Part shown: piece after piece, positions 13,818 through 25,995 of the stretch
How positions within the stretch are numbered: the first letter of the stretch is position 1
Layout: each line of letters starts with the position of its first letter
Origin: Patellaria atrata CBS 101060
Lineage: Eukaryota
DNA: 64,000 nucleotides
Reading direction: 5' to 3'
Assembly (NCBI GenBank): GCA_010093705.1
Contig: MU006089.1
Coordinates: 2,281,561 to 2,345,560 of the forward strand
The notes under the pieces: model-generated
Databases searched by the model: none
Seen by the model: only the letters and a program-made list of their open reading frames with translations
Told to the model about the DNA's origin: nothing
Made by a program: the position numbers and the translations under genes

Positions 13818-15233
13818 TTAATCTTCAAGGGGAGGTTCAGAGTGAACCAAGATTTCTGGAATTCCTAACTTCTCCAAGTCTTCCCTTATTCTTTCCTCAT
13901 GATCCAGAATATCCAAAGGCGGGTATTCGCCAACAAATGCTCCACGGACAATAACCTCAACTCTACGTAGCTTTGGGAGTCCATTCAGTTAGAGCCTTGC
14001 CTAATAGCTCGAAAAACTTTTCTGCGTCCGCATAACGAACGAGTTAACGCTCTTTAACCGTCAAGGATTCAAGGAAATGCGGTATATCCAATAGCGCGTC
14101 CCGGCGATAAATGGAAAGGAAACCCTTGACAATTGTATCTCCGTCCAAATCCAAGGATTTGAGATTACGTAGGGAATAAAGGAAACCAAAATAATCGTCC
14201 TGCCAGCTCGTAATGTTAGAGTCCACTATGTATACAAGCCGTTCAAGTGAAGTGTGAGACATGATTACAGACTTGAGTTTTCTTAGGTCAGCTTCTCCAG
14301 GTATTGTAGAGACATATATACCGTCGAGAATCAATGCGTTGAGGCCGGAACATTTTGCGATCACTCTTGAAAGATTTCTGCTTCCAACCCGGAAGTTGCG
14401 AAGCTCGATGGTATGGAGAATATGAGTTGGTGATGATGTGAAGTGTATGCCCAGGAATACATCAACATCTCTTACGTTTGATACGCAATGCAAATGCGTA
14501 AGACTAGAGAAGACTGGTAATAATCTCCCCTGGGCATAGTAGTAACCTGCATTCAATTCTATACCCAACTTCAGCTGTCGTATTTTCTCGAAGGAGTAGT
14601 TACACGTCCAGGGCAGTTGCATGGGCGCCGCAAGGACATTATCTGTGTGCTGTAATCCCTCTGTCGTCTCAAGTAAGCAGATGTTGGCGATGTCTAGGTT
14701 CTTCAGTCGAGTTAGCAGAAGTGCGACCAAAGCGTCAAACTGAAATTTTTAGAGCCTTTCAATCCACAAATCTTTGTCCTTCATCACTATCTTCCTCGCT
14801 TCCCGAGAAAACGAGATTTTGTCAAAAGCCGATTGATAATCTTTAGAAACACATGTCTGAGAGAGATATAGGAGTCATAGAACCTGAAACTCTTAACGGG
14901 CCGTATTCAGGGCGTTTTTTTGATGGTTCGAAGTAAATAAACCATCTTATCCTTGAGTTTAGGTGTCCTGCCGATAGCAATGTCTTGATACAGAGGGCGG
15001 GTTGCCAAATCTTTAAACCTCGGTGATACAAGACATAAGTTATACAAATCTTGGTTCCCAGCGCCATAGTCTGCGTCATCCTCACTGAGGTCTGGGCAAA
15101 CCTTCCGGAAGTGGTCGAATATTTCTAAGAGGAGCTCGTTTGACAGTCGATTTATATGGTCGACCGGTTGATGCGCTTGGGTAGCTGGATTTCTTAATGC
15201 ATTGGTTATGGCCCGGGATGTCGGCACAGGCAT
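13818..15233 (-). pseudogene. Disrupted F-box-like/LRR-like protein gene
   Basis: N-terminal F-box-like motif (INRLSNELLLEIFDHF...DLYNLCLVSPRFKDLATRPLY) followed by LRR-like segments. The frame is broken by frameshifts near 14920-14850 and ~13985 and by in-frame TAA at 14749-14751 and 14044-14046. The remnant C-terminus GLPKLRRVEV...PPLED ends at 13818. Confidence 0.75.
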
Positions 15234-17448
15234 AGCGTTGTCGGAGGAGAGAGCGGCGTGCAAGTTAAGTTAGACAATAAATGCTACATTCGAAGAGTGA
15301 ATGGCTGAGTAGATGCGGTTCAAGATGAACAGACAGAATGCTGATGCACCTTCCTTCAGTGCTAGCCTTGTAGCTTCAGGGTCTACGCGACTTGCTCCGT
15401 GCAGTATTGCGAATGCACGTAATTTGCAGCCTATTCGCAGCAATATGCCTTCATGGTTCATTAATCTTACGTATATCAAGTTTCCAACAGCCATAAGTAT
15501 AAGAGGACTCAAAGGTTCTCCATATTCAGTACCGGGATAGGATTCAGGGGAGTGACAAGTGCAACGAAGTAGGACATAGATTCGAGAAACCCAAAAGCCC
15601 GTGACACCGATCCTAACAGCGAAAGTACATATAATATGTATTTGCGTAGTGATTATCAGGTAATCAAAGCTAACTATTGGTAATCCATGACCTGATCTCT
15701 TTGTGTCCAATCATTAATGATCCATACTTTACACTTCTTGTCAGGTGTACCTCGTGATCTTTCTACATTTCGCCCATAGTATGATAGCACACCTCTGGAG
15801 CTGGCTCAAGCCTACCTAATTCCGCAAAATGTTGACTGGATAACTGATCCCTAAGATGACATCGATATTCTGTGGAGCTTTAGAGGGATACAGGAGCGGT
15901 TACTGAAGGTTTTTCTTCTTGAAGATTAGCATAAAAGGAGACAGCGTCCCGTTGATTCCACAGGCCTTACGATGGAGAAAGCGCAATATTTATCACGCTC
16001 AGTCTTTGTCTAGATGCCGACGGTGCTCGAAATTAGACCGTGTTTGATTTTGTAGATGGTGATAATTCCATGAAACTAGATAGTCTATACGATATGCCGT
16101 AGATATTGCAGATACATACCTTATCTGCATAGTCCAGGAGCATTCTGTTGGCTCCCACGCTATTTTCCTGCTCCGGCTTCCGCTTCCACTCCCGCTTCTA
16201 CTTCCGCCGACCCTCCTTCTGCTGCGACACCACCAGCACTGCCGTATTTCCGAACCAACTAACCCAATCAGGCAGGTTGCGTCGAAACGGCGAACGTCTT
16301 GCCAAGCTTGAAGCTGGAGAATGTATCGCGAGATCGAGTGTCGATGGACTGGACAAAAGACGAATTCTAGTATATAAGTCCAACAACAGCATCAACTGAT
16401 GATCTGGAGGTGTCAAACAGATGCACGGAATTATTAGATTCGATCTCTAACCGATTTTAATCAATTGCAAGTTGCACCGTTTTATATTTCGGATTTTTCG
16501 CTATTGAGGCCGGTCTTGGATGGAGTTGGTGATAGATGTCGTTCGTCGATGCGTTTCTCGGTGAGCTGCAGCGGTGTTCGGGTTCAAACTTTTTTCCCTT
16601 TTTCTTTTTCCCTCATATTGCTTTCGTTTGAGCGTGGTTTATTTTCACTGCTCTCCAACCGCTGATAGAGATCTCATGCGTAGACAACGATATTCGCTCT
16701 GCGCAATCCTACATTTTGTCGCGATTCCATAGACGACCTTATTCCACGGGCGAGGGAGTGCAAGTAATACTACCATAACTTGTACGCAAAAGCATAGTTC
16801 ACTTGTGTTATCTTTAAGACTCGCTAGGATTATACCGTCCTCGCTCTTTTCTCAGATGAGATATAGCAGAACTGATATATGGTAAACAATCCGACTTAAT
16901 TCAAAGAAAATACCCGCATGAGATGGGTGTGGGATAGCAACTAAGTTATACGGTCTCTTACTGAACCAAACTGAAACAAACAGTCAATCTCCCTCGGATG
17001 TAAATGGTTGCTTTGACAACACTGACCAAAATAAAGCATAACCACCACAGTGATGGTAAATAGGACAGTGTCCTTCTTAGAGATTCAATGAATTTATGAT
17101 ACTTTACAGTTGGCTTTTCGATCATCACTCAGAATTTCCTGGGTCGACATATGGGCTCAGTCCTTGCGGACCGTCCATCCGGGACAACGCACTGAGGGAT
17201 CTGAGTCGTGATGCTCATAGAACGGTTTTCAAAGTCGCAATACTCAGCATGAGTGAGCATCAACTGATATAAAGAGAATCTGTAGAATAATAAAAAATAC
17301 TCGTGTTCAGGATGAAGTGAAGTGAGATCAGACGAAAAGCAAGCCGGGCCGGATGAACTATCTTCCCGGCTGCATCATCCTAGATACCATTCCTAGCCTA
17401 GAAAATTTTTTATTATGAGTTTAATAACTTGCATCATTTTGTCAAACT

Positions 17449-17536
17449 GGGCGCTTGGTCTAGGGGTATGATTTTCGCTTCGCATGATTCAATCGGCATC
17501 TGTGAAAGGTCGTGGGTTCAATTCCCACAGCGTCCA
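17449..17536 (+). tRNA. tRNA-Ala (anticodon CGC) with a 16-nt intron (17485-17500)
   Basis: Acceptor stem GGGCGCT/AGCGTCC with the G3:U70 alanine identity pair. A-box TGGTCTAGGGGTA; anticodon stem TTCGC/GTGAA with loop TT-CGC-A; intron after position 37; T-arm GTGGG-TTCAATT-CCCAC; discriminator A. T-run terminator at 17541-17544. Confidence 0.95.
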
Positions 17537-18052
17537 TCACTTTTGCTTGTTCGATCTCCGGTTCTTCGTTTTTGCTGGACTTTTCTTTTGCGATGGGGTT
17601 GCGTTGTGTCAGGGGATTGACTATCGGACCAACAGACGGACTCGGAGAGCAGCGAGGCCTTAAGACAACTTTTGGATGACGTTGAAACCAAAGTGATTGC
17701 AATGTACTATACAGGTGGTTATGAGTATATGACTGGAAACAAATATGCGTCGAATCTTGTATGGTTCCGAACAAATCTCACTATCAAACAGTTGATGCAT
17801 CGAACCTTTGTATAGAATTATATGAAGGGAATGGCTATCACAGATGGTTCAGGAACCCTTCATATCACGAAATACTGGGTTAAAAGATAGATGGATAACC
17901 ATATCATTGATCTAAGATAAAGCAGGTATATCCCCTATACTGATATCTCAACCAAAGCAATCCTCCCATTTCAGGGACTGTATATATATATATCCCCCTT
18001 TACACTGCGGTTGTCATCCGCAGCATACCGTTCGGTAGTTTCCTTCTCTTCC

Positions 18053-18265
18053 CTATTTCATAGTCTTACTCGTCTTCTCCTCCGAATACTTCTCGAGAGG
18101 ATGTGTCGGGTTGCTCGCCAAAGCACTCTTCTGCTCTTCTGAGGTCTGCTTTGCGCCCGATTCGGGAGCGCCGCCTTGGTCGTTAGGCAGGGCTTGAGGG
18201 TCCTGCTGTTGCTTGCCGGACTGCGCCTCGGGGGGTGGGGATTGACGGCCCTGGTTTTCTGACAT
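18053..18265 (-). CDS. Small (70 aa) hydrophilic hypothetical protein
   Basis: Single-exon ORF with good start context (AAAATG). The GRQSPPPE...SNPTHPLE pattern resembles small conserved ascomycete proteins I recall. Probable 5'UTR intron at 18346-18295. Confidence 0.75.
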   Translation of the reverse strand: MSENQGRQSPPPEAQSGKQQQDPQALPNDQGGAPESGAKQTSEEQKSALASNPTHPLEKYSEEKTSKTMK

Positions 18266-19304
18266 TTTGATGTTTTGCGTTTGGGTTTAAGTTGCTAGTG
18301 ATATAGAGTTAGGGATCAATACTTCAGACGGAAAGGGTAGCTATACCTTGAATTGGTTGGAGAGTATAGGAAGTTTGGTTTCTTGGGTAGATATTAGTAA
18401 GGGTTACGAAGAATGATTATATTACACTCCTCTGCTAACCTTTTGTTTGATGAGGTTCAAAGTAATTATCTGAATGTTTTGGGTCTGATGATGAGAAAAA
18501 AGACGAGAAAGACGCTGCCCCGCGATGCCCTTTTACCTTTCCCAACGTTGCCCCTCGTTCACCTCTACGTCATAAGATGGCCCCACCATAATCTCGAGGT
18601 CCCTGTGTATAGACCTCATCTTGCATGCTGACATCGGGCTTCAACTGCTTATTCCTTATTCTAGGTTAAGTGAGTGGATTGCGGGAGATGGGCATCTCCG
18701 ATGCACGTCAGTACCGATATGGGGTGCGGCAGTGGTTCTTAATCTACCCTATTGTCCCCTGCTTCTTTATGTCCGTACGGAGAGATATGAAAGGAATTGC
18801 GTTCACCATATCTTCAGGACTTAGAACAAAGTGGTCTTCGAAAATCAAGGAAACAGCTTGTTGAAGTAGAAGGAAGGGGGAATATTAGATGGATGGTTAA
18901 GAAAGGGGAATTCGTGGCTTTAACTACCTTGTGTCTGGAGTATGATTCGAAAAAATACTTATATCTAGGGTTAGTCTCCGTCTTATACTAAGAATAAGTT
19001 ACTCTAGACCATTGGACGAGGCTCCGGAGGTAGTAGGTCTACCAGGATACGATTCAGACCTCCTATTGTAATGCTCAGAATTTTGTACGCTATCTTATCA
19101 ATGCCAATCTTCCTCAGCGCCATAAAACAAAATGCACATCCAGGCAAAAAACCGACGGAAAACCATCTCAACGTGTAGGTATGTTGGGTATCATGCTCGC
19201 CCTGATAATCACGCCCGCATTTGCAAGGTAACCCAGTTCGAAGACCAAACATCAAAACACCGACCATCAACATCCAAAAAGGTTTCATAATGCTAGTCCG
19301 TTGT

Positions 19305-22300
19305 TTACCAATTCTTGGGACCGAACGTCTGACCAGGTGCCACTTCTTTGTAAGAGCACGCTTGCCAATCGCATCCCTGTAGTCGCCAAGTCAATATTGG
19401 TGTCCTTATATACCTGATTTGGTAAAAAAGTGATTAACTCACCTGCTTGTAAACCTCTGTACCCCACCATTTGAATCCTTTCATCCACCCGGGATATAGG
19501 ATTCCAAAGAAAATAACAACAACTCCCACTGCGACTCCTGAGTCGAGTGCCGCGCTCAGTGTCATTGTATACTTCCTCCACCACGCAGGCTTTCGTTTGC
19601 GGAGAACCTCGTTGAATAACCAACAGACAACAAACCAGACTGAGAAATTCAAACCTGTGGCTGGAGGGATCCAACTCAAACTTCCAAACATTACTGGAAG
19701 GTTGACGTAACGAAGGACAGATTTTCTCTTGTTTCTCGCGATGTACCATAAAACGATGGGAGCAAGTGCTCCGATGAGGAACGCCCAAACTAGCGGACGA
19801 TAAAGAGCACCGGGACCAAAGAACCTTTGAGGGCCTACGACACCCCATAGAATGCTCCCGTTAAAATGGACCCGGGCGATAGGGCAATTAAAACCATTGA
19901 TAGCATCAGGGGTGCAGATACCCGGGATATTTGCAAGCATCCAATTGAGCACTCCAATTTGTGTCATGCTTGAAATAACTGTTGCGGAGAGTTGAAGGTA
20001 GAATAGGATTCGTGGTGGAATCTTCATGTAATGACCCAGCTTTAGGTCTGATGAGAACTTCAAACCTTGGGTAGAGGTGATCTAAAAGAATGAGTCAGGG
20101 AAGTTGTTGGTTATCGGGATGATACACTTACATATCCATATGTGACAAAGACCATATTTGCCACAGGACGCCCAGGAAATACAACGCCGCAAATGAGCTG
20201 ACAGATCAAATAAAGACTGCTCTGCTGATTTGCAATAGCCATGACGATACCAATGGGAATGAAGAGAACGGTGCAAATTGATAGCGCTAAGAGAAGGCCA
20301 TACCAAGGTAGATGTATCGGAAAGCTATACATATTAGCTGACAAACTAGCAGAGAGCGACCATAACCTACTATTCAACGACGAACATCCCGATGGCAGTC
20401 ATGGCGACGCCGGTTAGCAAGTACCACGAAATTGGGACATCATCATAACGTCTCATTAGACGATTATGTACATCTTCCACGGCCATAAGATTGTCCAGTC
20501 CAGGTTCTGAGGCATTTGTGTTAGCTCTTCTGCGACTTACTGGGGTTGAAAAACGGTTCCCGCTCGAGACTGGCAAAGCTTCGTATGAAACTTTATCTGA
20601 ATTACGGATCTCTTCCAGCGAATGTTTCCATTGACGCCAGATATCTCGCCCATGCCAACATGCTGTATGCGTCATGAGAGCAGCAAGAGCAGCGAATTGC
20701 AGAGCATAACTTAGGACGTATGTTATTGGTAAGAAGACTCTGCTGTATTTATGATAGGCTTCTTCGTCGAATAGGAAATCCTTCGTCAGTATCCTACTGA
20801 CATCGTAAACGTTTCCAGTATTATCAAAGACAGCCGCAGAAAGAATCGGCATGTAGGCGGAATACAGAATATTCAAATAGTCTAGTGAGAGCAGATATTA
20901 GAGGCCAACTTGACGGTCATCTGAGAAGGAAGGTACACTTACACATAATGGGAGCGAGAAGCCACATAACAAAGACCAATCCGCCCATAATGTTCAGCGC
21001 CGCCCAGAAGGGAACGACGAGAGGAGAACCGGTGTACGTGATCTGGGACCAATCGAATGTCAGGGGGAACAAACCAAGCCCGGACGTCACGCCGAACTAC
21101 ATTTGATCGGATTAGTTATCCCTCCACCCGGAATATGTGAGGTACTTACAAGGTTTGCGATGACTACATTCTTCGGTGCAAACCAAGTGATGACGCTGAA
21201 GTAACTCAACGCTGGAAAGAGGAGCCCTGGTAAGAAGTAAAATCCGACGGAACCGAGAAACACCCATAAGAAGAACCTCGAACGCGAAATCCGCCAACCA
21301 TCTGCGGGTTTGTTTTCCTGATTATGAAGTGTCGAAAACATTGCTGTCGATATGAGTGTGCCAGGCCAGATCATTCCGCTGGGTCTAACAAGAAAGCGTC
21401 GAGTAATGCCTGCCAAAGCATAGCCCAGGACTTGAGTTGATATCGTTAGTAGAACTTGATACGTTATCCCTAGTTGCTGATGGTAGAATTGCGTCTGCTC
21501 AACAATAACCTGTTATAATGGTTAGTTCTTGAATCCCTATTTAGCGTAATTGAAAAGAGGGCCTACGTCGGTTGCGAAAGCAAACCCAAAGGAAACATTG
21601 CTGCTAACATATACACAACAATGTTCCTTTTGATTCCACCTGCCCTGAGCAAGCCATAGACGCAGCCTACGTTTCCAGGGATTCGGTGCAAGCTTTCCGT
21701 ATGATTCACTAAATCGCGGGGAAAGTAAACTTTGTTGTGACTCGTCCTGTGAGACACGACGGTGGTTACCCGAATCGACAGCAATATCGATTCGAGATTG
21801 GAGATTACCATTCACGAATATTTCGGCCGGGTCATCCTCACATTTCAAGGCTCCATCCCATAGTAGACCCAATGGATGTACTAGAAGCAGAGCTATAACA
21901 GGGGTAATGCTAACACTAGGGTATCTTAAGGAGAAGAATAAATTTGTTGAGGAGCCTAGAATAGCAAAGAGAAGGGATAAGATCCACATTCGAGGTGTGT
22001 TTATTGATAGTGAAGTATCATCAGCAGGAGCCACTGAAGCTCGAACTTGCGCATAAGGGGAGTTATCAGCGGGTTCTGTATGTATGCTTTTGTCATTTAG
22101 CTTTAGATCTTCAGCCGATTCGTCATCGTTATCCGTCGAACTTTCGGGGTTGCTACAACCGGAAGAACTTGGCCCTTCAGAGGAGATATGGTCCATACCT
22201 TCAATGGCGGTATCAACACCACCACCGGTAAAGCGAGGCTCAAGACCGGACTCCATATGGCCCTCGATGGAATCGAAGAGTGTGGCATCAAATATTGATT

Positions 22301-22598
22301 GGTAGGATGGGCCTTTTATTTTTCCAGGTTTTCTTCTCTGTAGTGTTGCTTCGCTATGTGCGGTCCTCGAATGCCCGTTTTCTAGCCGGGGGATTTGTGC
22401 ATCTAGCGCAGGGTCACTTTGGCGCATGATTCCCTTTCCCTTTCTTTTGTCAGAACATTTAACAAATACAGCTTCAGCAAGAGAGTCACTATCGGATACC
22501 TCAGCACTTGAACTCAGATACTGAACAGGTAGGCCACCGTATGATGAGCCTGCCCCAGTTGCTGGCGAAGATCTAAGTAGAAGAGGTATGCGCGACAT
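19305..22598 (-). CDS. OPT-family oligopeptide/glutathione transporter
   Basis: OPT signatures NSPYAQVRASV, TPRMW, KEHCCVY, LVRPSGMIWP, FSSDLKLGHYMKIPPR and LSAALDSG. The last exon GCDWQAC...FGPKNW ends at 19305. Multi-exon. The start is uncertain: first in-frame ATG is 22598, but the frame is open to ~22790, so an upstream exon is possible. Confidence 0.92.
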
Positions 22599-23998
22599 TG
22601 TGACTACAGCTCGATCCGACACGTCCTTTGCCTCTGGTAGAACTGATGATGACGCGCGAAAGTGATTCCTATGTAGAGTATCCTGAATATCGTCGTCATT
22701 GAGGTTGTTGCCAGGTGTAACCCATTTGTCCAAGTTTGCTTTTTCGGAGAATTCGTACTGTTCGCAGTTGTCCAGTGCAATGAAACCTGTTACTTATGCT
22801 GGAAGCTGAGGATGATTGATAAGATTGTGGATGGATAGAGATGATTCAGAGTCTATACTAGAAGAAGAAAGGTAGATATGCTCACGGGATGTGTGGTTGT
22901 AGGTTCACATGTAATTGTCGTGATGCCGCATGATGGGCTGACAAGGGTTGCCTACAATGTTGACGTACTGAATGAAGTATTATCTCAAGATCAGATAAAG
23001 AACGGATCTATCCCTCTTTTTAAATTGTACCCGAGCGGGTAGAAGGTACGAGTCAGTCTAGTTGGACAAGGGCCTGATCTCTGATTTCTGCAAGCCCCAC
23101 GCTCCAAGGCTCGATCATGTACCGACTCGACGGCGCGAATTTCCCAATATTCACACATTAGGTAGTTCTAACAGAACACTAGAGATTCCGATCTGTAGAG
23201 GATCTAGGTGTAAATCAAGAGAAATGTACGGAAGTTTAGAAATCTTCATCTACGCAACTGACATTCCGATATCGGTTATAAATTTAGTATCACCAGCAAG
23301 CCTTGGAGTCACTATCGCTTAATGAAGGTCACCTCTGTCGTTTCATAGGCTTTAAACTTTTGAAGTGCGGGAGATGCGCTCTTTACGAAATCCTTCCTCT
23401 TGGCGATCACCTGTTCTTCAGGTAAATATCCTGCGGCTAGACTCGCGTTAGAGAGTACCTATCAAGTTATGGGCGGTAATGTACAATAGATATGGAGTAC
23501 GGAGTTCAGTAATAGGTTCCATTAAGAAACTCGTTTCTAAACACACAAATACCTCAACCTAGATTTAGAGGATACAAATTGTATTTGGAGACGGGTCCCT
23601 TCTGACACCACCTCGCTATGACTTAACCCCATGACCCCGCCACAGATCGTACTTGTACAGCTAATATTTAGCAGATGTACAAGGCGTACATCAAATGTAC
23701 TAATAGTATGGTTTTGAAGCGGTCATCTGAGCACCGTACAGCAACGGAGTAGTACGGTGTATTTAACTGAAATGGTACATTTTATCAGCGGGATAGTTGG
23801 GAGCGAACAACTGCACAACAAGCTTACCTAGAGGAGAATCGTACGACAAGCAAGAACATACGAGCAAGAAGAGTGAGTTCTTCCCAGGTAGAGTCTCCTA
23901 GTTTCAACTGCTTAAATAGTAAGGTGTATAAGGGATATGTACCGCTTGCTGCAAAGAGAGTACTGTAATTCGCACGTTCTTCATAGGTATGACAGAGT

Positions 23999-25672
23999 CT
24001 ATAACCTTGATTGTCGAGTTAATACCAAACCTTCGGCCATAGAGATAGCTCCCTCTATATCTCCTTTGTTATGCAAGAACAGCCCTTGCAAAGCCGCAGT
24101 ACTGACATTATCGATCAACTGCAACTGCCTTGCCCTTTCCACAAACCTCTTGCGTCCGGAGCCATCAGCGTCAAATTCGGCATAGAAGCGATCCCATAAC
24201 TGCTCGATTTGCCATTCAGTGGCGTTGCCGATATATATTTGCATATCCACTCGACCTGGTCGAATGAGAGCTTCATCTAGCCGGTCAATATGGTTTGTCG
24301 TCATGAAAACAAGTCGGCCCCCTTCTGCACTGACCGCACCATCGAGGGCATTGAGCAATCCCGAAAAGGTGACCGTAGCTCCAGAATAGCCGTGCTCATC
24401 TGCTTTTTTACGATTAATCCAAGCTGCATCTGCATCTTCTAAGAGAGCAATAGTCCTCTCCGGCAGAGTGCTGAGGAGTACATTCAACCGGTCGTCCGTA
24501 AGTCCCCGTTCATTTACATTCAGAATCGCAATGTTCAAGTCTAGCTCTCCAGCAAGCGCTTGAATGAAAGAAGTCTTTCCAGTTCCCGGAGGGCCGAAGA
24601 GCAGATACCTTGTATGATGTTAGTTCGATTTCAACATAACATAAAATCTTGCTTATGGTATATACCCGCGTCGATATGGTATACCTCTATCAAGATACCA
24701 TGTTCTTGTTTCAAGAAAGTCTCGCACATTCTCCAATATTTGTTCTTTCAATCCCTTTTCTAGAACAACTGAATCAAATGGTCTTTTTCTTTTCGGCTGA
24801 CCGAATGAATGCCAATTGACCCCTTGCGATGTGTAAATGATTGTCTTTCCTTCATGCTTCTGGCTAAGAAGCTTATGAGCATCCAGAACAATTTCTTCAA
24901 TTATATGACGATGGGAATATAGCGTGGTAAGTGTCACTGTCTCAAATGGTGTACCACTAGTGAGATCGAAAGACTTCTCGCGTTGCCTGTCTACTAGCAT
25001 GAACGCACTCCCATAGCGCAATAGGTGTCTTCCAGGACCAGGAACGAGAGAGAAGTGGGTGATAGGTGATCCATCAGGTCGATTTACCTTTTCACTCTCT
25101 AGTTGGAAGTGATGTAACCGTGGGGTGAATTTACTGATGAGAGACGATATTAATCCCCTGCTCTCGTGGTTCCTGGTAGTGCATCAGTTACAGGAGGTTA
25201 TTATCGATCCAATGGACGCGTACACTATACTATTCGAAACCGGGTCCAAACCTGTCGACTGTGCCTTATGGTAGGCGCTCATCCAATGAAGTAGGGGTTG
25301 GTAATGCTCATTCTTGTGGGTGATGGTGATGTCGACTAGCATACGCCTCCGCAGGCCCTCGACACCATACTTTAGAGCCTTCTGCCCAAAGCGAGCAGCA
25401 GCAGCTATAGCAGCAAGACCGAAGCCCTGATGATTGGTTAACTTGTGATCGGTACTACTGGACTCTCGGGTGCATACAGCTGTAAAAAAAGGATTTCCAG
25501 TAAGTTGCTCGAAAAGTGAACCACTTCTAACAGACGTGCCGCCAGGGCTACTGCCTCCTACAGCGCCTCCTCCTCCGTACTTCCCATACGATGTCGCATT
25601 CAAGGGTTCGGGTGAGGTAGGAATGTTGGCAGAAGTGTCGACAACCGAAGGGGTGGATGAAATCCGATCCAT
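23999..25672 (-). CDS. BCS1: Mitochondrial AAA-ATPase chaperone Bcs1
   Basis: NPFFTA|GFGLA transmembrane region, [40 protein letters not shown] (Walker A), LLEDADAA (Walker B), TFSGLLNALDG and LIRPGRVD. Three introns. Confidence 0.95.
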
Positions 25673-25995
25673 GAAGTTTCTTCCATGGTGACTGAGATCA
25701 GAAAAAGTACTTGGAGCCCTTGGAGCTTGGGGCAGGTTCGGGTGCCGTGTTCAAGCATTTTCAAGGGATTCTGGGGGCAGGCGCTAAGGTAATAAGGTAA
25801 TTCATGCGGCAAGCTATGACCAGAACTAGGCCCTTGACCTACAGCACAATTGAAAGCGTGACGCTTCCCTTTTGGGCTGTCAAAAGTCTTCCTACCGTAC
25901 CGTCTTCAAGCACTCGTCTCTCACCTTTTTTCCTTCACGTTCGAACTGTTATAAGAGTAGAGCTCTTCTTGACTCTCTCTCTCTATCAAGTCAGT

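Noticed and set aside
15270..15710. 146-aa - strand ORF upstream of the F-box pseudogene
   Set aside because: TTG start, no coding-like composition or domain, and no splice path joining it to the pseudogene.
17457..17473. D-arm sequence GGTCTAGGGGTATGATT resembling tRNA-Pro, raising a possible identity mismatch
   Set aside because: The CGC anticodon, G3:U70 pair and A73 all agree on alanine, so there is no evidence of codon reassignment.
17429..17774. ORFs overlapping the tRNA
   Set aside because: Explained by the tRNA-Ala gene; DAVGIEPTT is the typical antisense translation of a T-arm.
19377..19442. Internal CAG|GTATAT in the last OPT intron suggesting a twin or recursive intron
   Set aside because: The two parts would be about 29 and 37 nt, too short for spliceosomal introns of the size seen here.
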